Part shown: one piece after another, positions 28,381 through 35,266 of the stretch
Numbering within the stretch: position 1 is the stretch's first letter
How the letters are laid out: each line of letters begins with the position of its first letter
NCBI GenBank assembly: GCA_016780945.1
Contig: JADHKY010000001.1
Coordinates: 1 to 35,266 of the forward strand
Length of the DNA stretch: 35,266 nucleotides
DNA from: Aquiluna sp.
Lineage (GTDB): Bacteria > Actinomycetota > Actinomycetes > Actinomycetales > Microbacteriaceae
Reading direction: 5' to 3'
The notes under the pieces: generated by a model
The model's database searches: none
What the model saw: only the letters and a program-made list of their open reading frames with translations
What the model was told of the DNA's origin: nothing
Program-made: the position numbers and the translations under genes

Positions 28381-28695
28381 TTGGTACTACTAAGGCAAGA
28401 AATCGGTGACGTGCTGCGCACGCACCGTCAAGAGCGCGGTCAGACGCTGAGGCAGGTTGCATCAAAGGCCTCGGTCGCCCTGGGCTACCTGTCGGAGGTT
28501 GAGCGCGGTCAGAAGGAAGTCTCCTCGGAGATCCTTGCATCGGTTGCCGAGGCACTTGAGGTTCCACTGTCTGTAGTCATGCGTGATGTTTCCGAGCGAC
28601 TAGCTTCGGTTGAGGGCATGTACTTCGACGACACCTTCATTCCAGACACTGTGCCGGACGACTTCGTCACTGAGGCAGAGCTCTACTCTCACTAG
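28381..28695 (+). CDS. clgR: XRE-family HTH transcriptional regulator, ClgR-like
   Basis: IGDVLRTHRQERGQTLRQVA...SVALGYLSEVERGQKEVSSEILA. Position after pgsA-cinA matches actinobacterial clgR; SD AGGAGG, TTG start. Confidence 0.8.
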   Translation: MVLLRQEIGDVLRTHRQERGQTLRQVASKASVALGYLSEVERGQKEVSSEILASVAEALEVPLSVVMRDVSERLASVEGMYFDDTFIPDTVPDDFVTEAELYSH

Positions 28696-28922
28696 TGACT
28701 CTCAGTCGCTTTCACGAATTAGTTCTCGAGGAATTTGGCGAGCAGTTCTCGCAGGTGGTTCTTAGAGACACCAGGCTTCTCAAATTTGAAGACAAGACCC
28801 CTTTTGAGCTAATCAATGCCGGGCTTCATCCCAGGGACATTTGGTTTGCAATTTGCGATCAGCTAGCGGTCCCAAAAGAGCGCTGGCACGGCAAAACAAA
28901 GACAATCAGACACGCCGAATAA
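28695..28922 (+). CDS. DUF3046 family protein
   Basis: 75 aa, MTLSRFHELVLEEFG...PRDIWFAIC...VPKERW; usual neighbour upstream of actinobacterial recA. Confidence 0.8.
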   Translation: MTLSRFHELVLEEFGEQFSQVVLRDTRLLKFEDKTPFELINAGLHPRDIWFAICDQLAVPKERWHGKTKTIRHAE

Positions 28923-28928
28923 AGTTAT

Positions 28929-28944
28929 TCGAAATTTTGTTCGA
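28929..28944. promoter_or_regulatory. LexA (SOS) box
   Basis: TCGAAATTTTGTTCGA, one mismatch to the actinobacterial consensus TCGAAC-N4-GTTCGA; adjacent to -10 TAGAGT (28950-28955). Confidence 0.8.
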
Positions 28945-28980
28945 ACGCTTAGAGTTTCAACAACTCAACTAAATAGCTAG

Positions 28981-28989
28981 TTATCCACA
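28981..28989 (+). promoter_or_regulatory. DnaA box
   Basis: Perfect TTATCCACA in the recA upstream region. Confidence 0.55.
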
Positions 28990-29011
28990 GCGTGTCGGAT
29001 TACTACAAAAG

Positions 29012-29033
29012 TGTCTGAGCCAGGGTTTAGCTT
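29012..29033 (+). promoter_or_regulatory. RecA-NDp/PafBC-like second recA promoter
   Basis: TGTCTG-N10-TAGCTT versus the mycobacterial TGTCGG-N10-TANNNT. Confidence 0.55.
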
Positions 29034-29068
29034 TCCTTCTAGCTAACCCAGAGAGAGAAGAGGACCTA

Positions 29069-30166
29069 ATGCCATCAGCAGCAGACCGCGAGAAAGCACT
29101 AGAGACTGCGCTAGCGCAGATTGACCGTCAGTTCGGTAAGGGATCGGTCATGCGACTTGGTTCCGAGGAGCGCGCACCTGTTGAGTCCATCCCCACCGGA
29201 GCCATCGCTCTGGATGTGGCGCTCGGCATCGGCGGACTGCCAAGAGGCAGAATCGTTGAGGTCTACGGACCAGAGTCCTCGGGTAAGACGACCATCGCCC
29301 TGCACGCCATTGCAAGTGCTCAGGCCAAAGGTGGCATTGCGGCATTCGTTGACGCGGAGCACGCGCTAGACCCTGAATACGCCAAGAGGCTCGGCGTAAA
29401 CATCGACGACCTTCTAGTCAGCCAGCCAGATACTGGCGAGCAGGCCTTGGAGATTGCGGACATGCTGATTCGCTCAGGTTCGGTGGACGTAATCGTCATT
29501 GACTCGGTCGCGGCACTGGTGCCAAGAGCGGAGATCGAGGGCGAGATGGGTGACAGCCACGTAGGCCTGCAGGCCAGGCTGATGTCCCAGGCACTCAGGA
29601 AGCTCACTGGAGCCCTGAGCAACACCGGAACCACCGCAATCTTTATCAACCAGCTGCGTGAAAAGATCGGCGTATTCTTCGGCTCACCCGAGACCACCTC
29701 AGGTGGTAAGGCTCTCAAGTTCTACGCCTCGGTTCGTTTGGATATCCGTCGCATTGAAACCCTGAAGGACGGCCAGGACTCTGTTGGTAACAGGGTTCGA
29801 GTCAAGGTGGTCAAGAACAAGCTTGCCGCTCCATTCAGGCAGGCCGAGTTCGACATCCTCTTCGGCGAGGGCATCTCCCGCGAGGGCGGTCTTATCGATT
29901 TCGGTGTCGAGCAGGACATCGTCAAGAAGTCCGGCGCCTGGTACACCTACGAAGGCGAACAGCTCGGTCAGGGTAAAGAAAACTCAAGGCGCTTCCTGAA
30001 GGATAACCCTGAGCTGGCAAATGAGATCGAGCAAAAAATCAAGTCAAAACTCGGCATCGGAGTGCCAAGGGCAGTGGCAGACCTTCCAGTTGAGGAAGCT
30101 GTTGCAAGTGCCGATGAGACGCCAGAGACATCGGAGCCGGTAGCCAAGGCTGCCAATGACGCTTGA
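29069..30166 (+). CDS. recA: Recombinase A
   Basis: [17 protein letters not shown] and [10 protein letters not shown] motifs; 365 aa, no intein. Confidence 0.99.
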   Translation: MPSAADREKALETALAQIDRQFGKGSVMRLGSEERAPVESIPTGAIALDVALGIGGLPRGRIVEVYGPESSGKTTIALHAIASAQAKGGIAAFVDAEHALDPEYAKRLGVNIDDLLVSQPDTGEQALEIADMLIRSGSVDVIVIDSVAALVPRAEIEGEMGDSHVGLQARLMSQALRKLTGALSNTGTTAIFINQLREKIGVFFGSPETTSGGKALKFYASVRLDIRRIETLKDGQDSVGNRVRVKVVKNKLAAPFRQAEFDILFGEGISREGGLIDFGVEQDIVKKSGAWYTYEGEQLGQGKENSRRFLKDNPELANEIEQKIKSKLGIGVPRAVADLPVEEAVASADETPETSEPVAKAANDA

Positions 30167-30644
30167 GCAAAAAGAACTAGAACGGCTCGAGAAGCGAGCT
30201 CGTAACGTCTTGCTGTATCAGCTGGGCCGCTCCATGAAAACGCGGCATCAGCTGGTGGAAATATTGCACAAGCGCGAGATTCCAGAAGAAGTGTTCGAGC
30301 CTCTGCTAGATCGCTTCACCGAGGCTCAGCTGATTGACGATGCAGCCTACGCTCGAGCTTTTGTGGCGAGTCGATTTCACCAACGAGGTAAGTCTCTTTC
30401 GGCAATCAAGCGCGAACTCAGACAAAAGGGCGTGGCCGAGATGCACATTGAGGCGGCAACGGCAGAAATTGACTCCGAGCAAGAGCTGGAACTTGCGATT
30501 CAGGTAGCGGTATCCAGAAACCGAAGGCTTGCCAGCCTGGACGATGCAACCAGGCGACGCAGACTCACCGGCTTTCTGCAGCGGCGAGGGTTCTCAGGTC
30601 CTGTTCTCTCGAGAGCACTGCGAGAGGCAGAGGCTCAGGGGTAA
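30156..30644 (+). CDS. recX: Regulatory protein RecX
   Basis: [18 protein letters not shown] and FLQRRGF motifs; overlaps the end of recA. Confidence 0.92.
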   Translation: MTLEQKELERLEKRARNVLLYQLGRSMKTRHQLVEILHKREIPEEVFEPLLDRFTEAQLIDDAAYARAFVASRFHQRGKSLSAIKRELRQKGVAEMHIEAATAEIDSEQELELAIQVAVSRNRRLASLDDATRRRRLTGFLQRRGFSGPVLSRALREAEAQG

Positions 30645-30656
30645 TATCCCTTAGCA

Positions 30657-32126
30657 ATGTCGCTTTTCTATGAGGTCCGCACCTACGGGTGCCAAATGAA
30701 CGTTCACGATTCTGAACGTATCGCTGGCCTGCTCGAGTCTGCGGGGTATGCAAAGGCAGAGGGCCAGGAGGCTGACCTGGTTGTTTTCAACACCTGCGCT
30801 GTTAGGGAGAACGCCGACAACAAGCTTTACGGCAACCTCGGAATGATGCTCGCCCGAAAAGAAAAGGACCCCAATTTCCAGATTGCCGTGGGCGGCTGTC
30901 TGGCCCAAAAGGATCAGAACACGATTTTGAAAAAGGCGCCGTGGGTGGATGTTGTGTTTGGCACCCACAACATGGGTTCGCTGCCCACTCTCTTGGAGCG
31001 GGCAAGGCACAACAACGAGGCCCAGATCGAGATACTGGAGTCGCTAGAGGTATTTCCATCGACTCTGCCATCAAAGCGGGAGAGCGCCTATGCGGGTTGG
31101 GTGTCGATCTCGGTTGGCTGCAACAACACCTGCACCTTCTGCATCGTCCCCTCGCTTAGGGGTAAAGAGAAAGACCGCAGGCCAGGAGAGATTCTGGGAG
31201 AGATTCAGGCCCTCGTTGATGATGGAGCGGTTGAGGTCACCCTGCTCGGGCAGAACGTTAACACCTACGGCGTTGAGTTCGGAGACAGGGGAGCGTTTGC
31301 AAAGCTGCTTCGGGCTTGTGGCGAGATTGAGGGACTAGAGAGAGTGCGCTTCACCTCTCCTCACCCCGCGGCCTTCACAGAGGATGTAATTGAGGCAATG
31401 GCCGAGACCCACAACGTCATGCCGCAGCTTCACATGCCCCTGCAGTCAGGCTCAGATTCCATACTCAAGGCAATGCGGCGTAGCTATCGCGCCGAGAAAT
31501 ACCTCGGCATTTTGGATCGAGTTCGAGAGCTAATCCCAAATGCGGCCATCACCACAGACATCATCGTCGGCTTTCCCGGTGAGACCGAGGAAGACTTTGA
31601 GGCCACCATGGAGGTGGTGAGGAAATCGCGTTTCGCCTCGGCCTTCACCTTCCAATATTCCAAGCGTCCTGGAACTCCCGCGGCAGAGATGGAGGGCCAG
31701 GTGTCTCAGGAGGTGGTTCAGGAGCGCTATGAGCGGCTTTTGGAGCTAGTCAACGCCATTGCCTGGGAAGAGAACCAAAAGCTCACAGGCAGCGACGTAG
31801 AGGTGTTGGTTGCCACTGGCGAAGGCAAGAAGGATTCTCAGACCAACCGCATGACCGGAAGAGCAAGAGACAACAGGCTCGTTCACTTTGAGATCCCGGA
31901 AGGCGCAGAGACCCCCAGGCCTGGAGACGTGGTAAACGTGACGGTGAGTCGAGCAGCTCCCTACTTCTTGGTTGCTGACTCGGTGGCAGGTTCGAAGTAT
32001 GAACTCAGGCGAACCGCTGGCGGGGATGCGTGGGACCGCTCTCAACTTGAGTCCTGCGGAGCACCTGAGCTAGGCGGCAGCAAGGTAACCCTCGGGCTTC
32101 CTATTCGGACAAAGCGTGAGCTCTAG
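30657..32126 (+). CDS. miaB: tRNA (N6-isopentenyladenosine(37)-C2)-methylthiotransferase
   Basis: [19 protein letters not shown], radical [12 protein letters not shown] and a TRAM domain. Confidence 0.97.
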   Translation: MSLFYEVRTYGCQMNVHDSERIAGLLESAGYAKAEGQEADLVVFNTCAVRENADNKLYGNLGMMLARKEKDPNFQIAVGGCLAQKDQNTILKKAPWVDVVFGTHNMGSLPTLLERARHNNEAQIEILESLEVFPSTLPSKRESAYAGWVSISVGCNNTCTFCIVPSLRGKEKDRRPGEILGEIQALVDDGAVEVTLLGQNVNTYGVEFGDRGAFAKLLRACGEIEGLERVRFTSPHPAAFTEDVIEAMAETHNVMPQLHMPLQSGSDSILKAMRRSYRAEKYLGILDRVRELIPNAAITTDIIVGFPGETEEDFEATMEVVRKSRFASAFTFQYSKRPGTPAAEMEGQVSQEVVQERYERLLELVNAIAWEENQKLTGSDVEVLVATGEGKKDSQTNRMTGRARDNRLVHFEIPEGAETPRPGDVVNVTVSRAAPYFLVADSVAGSKYELRRTAGGDAWDRSQLESCGAPELGGSKVTLGLPIRTKREL

Positions 32127-33018
32127 CCTGATAGCGGTCGTCGGGCCGACCGCCTCGGGGAAGTCGGCTCTAGCAATTCAAATAGCTAAGTCGCTCGGGG
32201 ATTGCGAAATCATAAGCGCTGACGCGATGCAGCTATACCGGGGGATGGACATTGGCACCGCCAAGCTCTCACCTAATGAGCAAGAGGGCATTCCCCATCA
32301 CCTAATTGACGCTGTGGAGCCAACTGAAGAGGTCACCGCGGTTCAGTATCGCGAGCTTTTTGATGAGGCGCTGTCAGCCATCGGCAAAAGTGGCAAGACT
32401 CCAATAGTTGCAGGTGGCAGCACGCTCTATCTCGCTGCTGCGTTAGATGAGATGCAGTTTGCGCCAACAGATCCTGAGGTCAGGGCAGCACTAGAAGCCA
32501 AAGCCGCAGAAATTGGTCAGTTGGCAATGCATGCTTTGCTCGAGGCAAAAGATCCAACTGCCGCGGCAAAGATTCCGGCTAGCAACCTAAGAAGGGTAAT
32601 CCGGGCGCTTGAGGTGGTGGAAATCAGCGGAAAATCTTTTGCGGCATCGCTCCCCGAACCTGCCTATCGAAGACCCACCACCCAGATCGGCATTCTCGTT
32701 GAGCGTGAGTTTCTCAGGGACCGCATCGAACAGCGCGTTCGGGGGATGTGGGAAGCAGGCTTGGTGGCCGAGGTCGAAGGACTTTTGGCACACTACCCAA
32801 ACCTTTCAAAAACTGCTCGGGTAGCTATTGGCTATCAGCAGGCGGCAGCCCAGCTCAACGGCGAGCTAACTGAAGATCAGGCAATCGCCGAGACGGTGCA
32901 GCTCACTCAGCGCTATGCCAAAAAGCAGATGACCTGGTTTAGGAGAGACAGCCGAATAGTTTGGCTCGATTCTTCCAAGGACTTGCTGGGCGCTGCCCAG
33001 GATGTAATTAGGCTGTAG
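32116..33018 (+). CDS. miaA: tRNA dimethylallyltransferase
   Basis: [23 protein letters not shown] and YAKKQMTWF motifs. Confidence 0.97.
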   Translation: MSSSLIAVVGPTASGKSALAIQIAKSLGDCEIISADAMQLYRGMDIGTAKLSPNEQEGIPHHLIDAVEPTEEVTAVQYRELFDEALSAIGKSGKTPIVAGGSTLYLAAALDEMQFAPTDPEVRAALEAKAAEIGQLAMHALLEAKDPTAAAKIPASNLRRVIRALEVVEISGKSFAASLPEPAYRRPTTQIGILVEREFLRDRIEQRVRGMWEAGLVAEVEGLLAHYPNLSKTARVAIGYQQAAAQLNGELTEDQAIAETVQLTQRYAKKQMTWFRRDSRIVWLDSSKDLLGAAQDVIRL

Positions 33019-33890
33019 TGATGTCCATCAACTTCACCAAGGGCCACGGCACCGGTAACGACTTCGTTTTGGTTCTTGACGAGATTGGACAGCTGGATTT
33101 CTCGGAACTTGAAATACAAAAGCTCTGCGATCGAAACTTTGGCGTTGGGGCAGACGGCCTGATAGTAATTCGGCCCACCAAATCCAGCGAAGTAGAGGAC
33201 CTTCTGGACCAGGAGAGTGCTGCAACCTGGTTTATGGACTACCGGAACCGAGACGGTTCCAAGGCAGAGATGTGTGGCAATGGGATCCGGGTGATGGCTC
33301 GCTTTCTTGTTGAGCATGAGCTGGTCAAAATTGACTCGGGTAGCACCCTTCCGATAGCAACCAGGGCCGGAATCAAAGACCTGACTCAGACCGCGAATGG
33401 TTTTGCAGTCGATCTTGGTCGCTTCTCAATCGATGAGGAAGAGGTTCTGGTCAAAGCCGCAGGACTGAGAGTTCCGCGACCTGGTTTGAGCGTGGACTTG
33501 GGTAACCCTCATGTGGTTGTGGCACTTGCCGACCTTGATGAGCTTGAGCACCTAGACCTTCACAAGATTCCAATTTTGGACCCGGAGCCTGAAGAAGGCG
33601 CAAACGTTGAGTTTGTTGTCATAGACGAGCCCATGATTGTCGAAGGGGTTGCTGGAGTGAGCATGCGCGTGTTTGAGCGTGGTGTTGGAGAGACATTGAG
33701 CTGCGGCACGGGCGTTGCTGCCTCAGCGCTTGCCGTCAGGCACTGGGCCGGGGGAGAGCAGAACCACTGGAAGGTAAGTGTTCCCGGTGGCGATTTAGGT
33801 GTGCGGGTATTTCCAACCGAAGACGGCGAACACGTTTCCATAAGTGGTCCGGCCGAGCTTGTCTTTAGTGGTAGCTGGCGGGGGCTGTAA
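33018..33890 (+). CDS. dapF: Diaminopimelate epimerase
   Basis: [19 protein letters not shown] and [13 protein letters not shown] motifs. Start is GTG 33018 or ATG 33021. Confidence 0.96.
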   Translation: MMSINFTKGHGTGNDFVLVLDEIGQLDFSELEIQKLCDRNFGVGADGLIVIRPTKSSEVEDLLDQESAATWFMDYRNRDGSKAEMCGNGIRVMARFLVEHELVKIDSGSTLPIATRAGIKDLTQTANGFAVDLGRFSIDEEEVLVKAAGLRVPRPGLSVDLGNPHVVVALADLDELEHLDLHKIPILDPEPEEGANVEFVVIDEPMIVEGVAGVSMRVFERGVGETLSCGTGVAASALAVRHWAGGEQNHWKVSVPGGDLGVRVFPTEDGEHVSISGPAELVFSGSWRGL

Positions 33891-34479
33891 CCCTTATTAC
33901 TCGGTAGCCCTTGCTGTTTTCTACCTTTGTCACCTGGCAGTCATCAAATTCGCTTGCGAGCCACTTTTGAAAGCTCTCGGCACCAAGCTGCTTTTGAACC
34001 ACCAGGTAGGCATTACCCCCAGGCCTAAGTCTCGGAAGATACGTGCGCATCAGCTCGTGAAGGGCGCTCTTTCCAATGCGAATCGGTGGATTGGACCAGA
34101 TTGCATCGAATTTCTGGTCTGGTTCCAGACCTGTTGGCATCACGGCCGTTATGTTCTCAAGCCCGAGGCGCTTTGCATTTTCTATGGTCTGAGACACAGC
34201 CCGCTCGTTTATGTCGACCGCGAATACTTCAGTCTCGGGAGAACTTAGGGCGATTGAGAGCGCTATCGGGCCCCACCCACACCCGATGTCCAGCACATCG
34301 CCTGCAGTTGGAAATTGCTCGTGGAGACTCAGTAGGACCTTTGTGCCGGGGTCTAGCTTGGTGGTAGAGAAGGTGCCGCTAATGCTTAGGGCCTCTATTT
34401 CTTTCCCGGCTACTTCAAAGCGGATTGTCCTTTGTCTTCTTTCGACGCTCGGGTCTTCGCTGAAGTAGTGCTGGGTCAT
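33865..34479 (-). CDS. Class I SAM-dependent methyltransferase (MTS/RsmC-like small domain)
   Basis: HYFS, GTFS...[14 protein letters not shown] and WSNPP motifs. Confidence 0.9.
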   Translation of the reverse strand: MTQHYFSEDPSVERRQRTIRFEVAGKEIEALSISGTFSTTKLDPGTKVLLSLHEQFPTAGDVLDIGCGWGPIALSIALSSPETEVFAVDINERAVSQTIENAKRLGLENITAVMPTGLEPDQKFDAIWSNPPIRIGKSALHELMRTYLPRLRPGGNAYLVVQKQLGAESFQKWLASEFDDCQVTKVENSKGYRVIRVTAPASYH

Positions 34480-34485
34480 TTCACC

Positions 34486-34506
34486 AACCTATTACAGGCC
34501 TAGTGT
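34486..34506. promoter_or_regulatory. Back-to-back leaderless -10 hexamers for the methyltransferase (minus, TAGGTT) and hflX (plus, TAGTGT)
   Basis: Each hexamer is 6 nt from its start codon within a 33-nt intergenic region. Confidence 0.6.
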
Positions 34507-34512
34507 TAAGCC

Positions 34513-35266
34513 GTGGAATCTGAGAGCGCCCTGGAGCGAATTCTTCGTCGAGGCGCCGCCGCACCCGCTCAGGAATACGACGGCGATCAGCTAGATCTAG
34601 AAGAGCGAGAGTCACTCAGGCGGGTAATTGGCCTATCGACAGAGCTCGAGGACATCACGGATGTCGAGTATCGACAGCTCAGGATCGAGAAGGTCATCCT
34701 CATAGGAGTGTGGTCTCAGGGCAATCTCACCGCAGCCGAGAACTCGCTTCGCGAGCTCTCAGCACTTGCGGAGACCGCTGGGGCAAAAGTTCTTGACGGG
34801 CTGCTCCAGCGCAGAAACATGCCTGATCCCACCAGCTACCTTGGAAAAGGCAAGGCCGCGGAACTGAGGGATCTAGCTCGCTCGCTTGGTGCCGATACCG
34901 TAATCGCAAATACCGAGCTCTCGCCCTCGCAGCGCCGATCGCTTGAGGACATAGTCAAGATCAAGGTCATTGATCGAACCGCAATCATTCTTGACATCTT
35001 TGCTCAGCATGCAAAGAGCAAGGAGGGTAAGGCTCAGGTTGAGCTGGCCCAGCTGGAATATTTGCTTCCCAGATTGCGTGGTTGGGGTGACTCGATGTCC
35101 AGGCAGGCTGGTGGTCAGGCCGCAGGTGGTGTTGGAATCGGCTCCAGGGGTCCCGGAGAGACGAAGATTGAGCTCGACCGGCGACGCATCAACACCCGCA
35201 TGGCCAAGCTGAAGCGCGAAATCAAGGGCATGAAGCTTGCTAGGGACACAAAGCGTCAGTCAAGGC
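34513..35266 (+). CDS. hflX: GTPase HflX, 3' end truncated by window edge
   Basis: Not in the ORF track. Manual translation from GTG 34513: MESESALERIL...LSTELEDITDVEYRQLRIEKV...YLGKGKA...VIDRTAIILDIFAQHAKSKEGKAQVELAQLEYLLPRLRGWG...SRGPGETKIELDRRRI. Confidence 0.96.
   Translation, partial: MESESALERILRRGAAAPAQEYDGDQLDLEERESLRRVIGLSTELEDITDVEYRQLRIEKVILIGVWSQGNLTAAENSLRELSALAETAGAKVLDGLLQRRNMPDPTSYLGKGKAAELRDLARSLGADTVIANTELSPSQRRSLEDIVKIKVIDRTAIILDIFAQHAKSKEGKAQVELAQLEYLLPRLRGWGDSMSRQAGGQAAGGVGIGSRGPGETKIELDRRRINTRMAKLKREIKGMKLARDTKRQSR

Noticed and set aside
29069-30166. Intein in recA
   Set aside because: Normal length with contiguous motifs.
34727-35212. Short track ORFs at the right end
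   Set aside because: Shadows of hflX, which runs off the window.

Overview
This is a gene-dense core-chromosome segment from an actinobacterium. Protein features and gene order fit Microbacteriaceae, and the very compact intergenic spacing suggests a streamlined Luna-type lineage such as Aquiluna or Rhodoluna (inference). It holds 36 coding regions, two of them truncated at the window edges. In order: two class-III aminotransferases (minus strand); dxr-rseP-ispG-proS-nusA-infB-rbfA-truB, two membrane proteins, ribF, DUF805, rpsO, pnp, an M16 peptidase, dapB and a hypothetical protein; a thioredoxin-like/DUF4395 pair (minus); thyX-dapA-rnj-ftsK-pgsA-cinA, a clgR-like gene, DUF3046, recA-recX-miaB-miaA-dapF; a methyltransferase (minus); and hflX. 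I saw no mobile element, CRISPR array, rRNA or tRNA. The interesting signal is non-coding. (1) The infB leader has three tiny ORFs, starting exactly 14 nt apart and chained by ATGA stop/start overlaps. They lead into two mutually exclusive hairpins, one of which sequesters the infB Shine-Dalgarno. This is a candidate re-initiation-sensing switch for IF2. (2) Thirteen genes have a TANNNT hexamer 6-7 nt before the start codon, i.e. leaderless architecture, sometimes built onto the upstream stop codon. (3) TAG is the majority stop codon (20 of 34) and TAGTG stop/start junctions recur. (4) rpsO and pnp have structured leaders. (5) The recA promoter combines a LexA box, a DnaA box and a PafBC/RecA-NDp-like promoter, and a similar promoter precedes the clgR-like gene.
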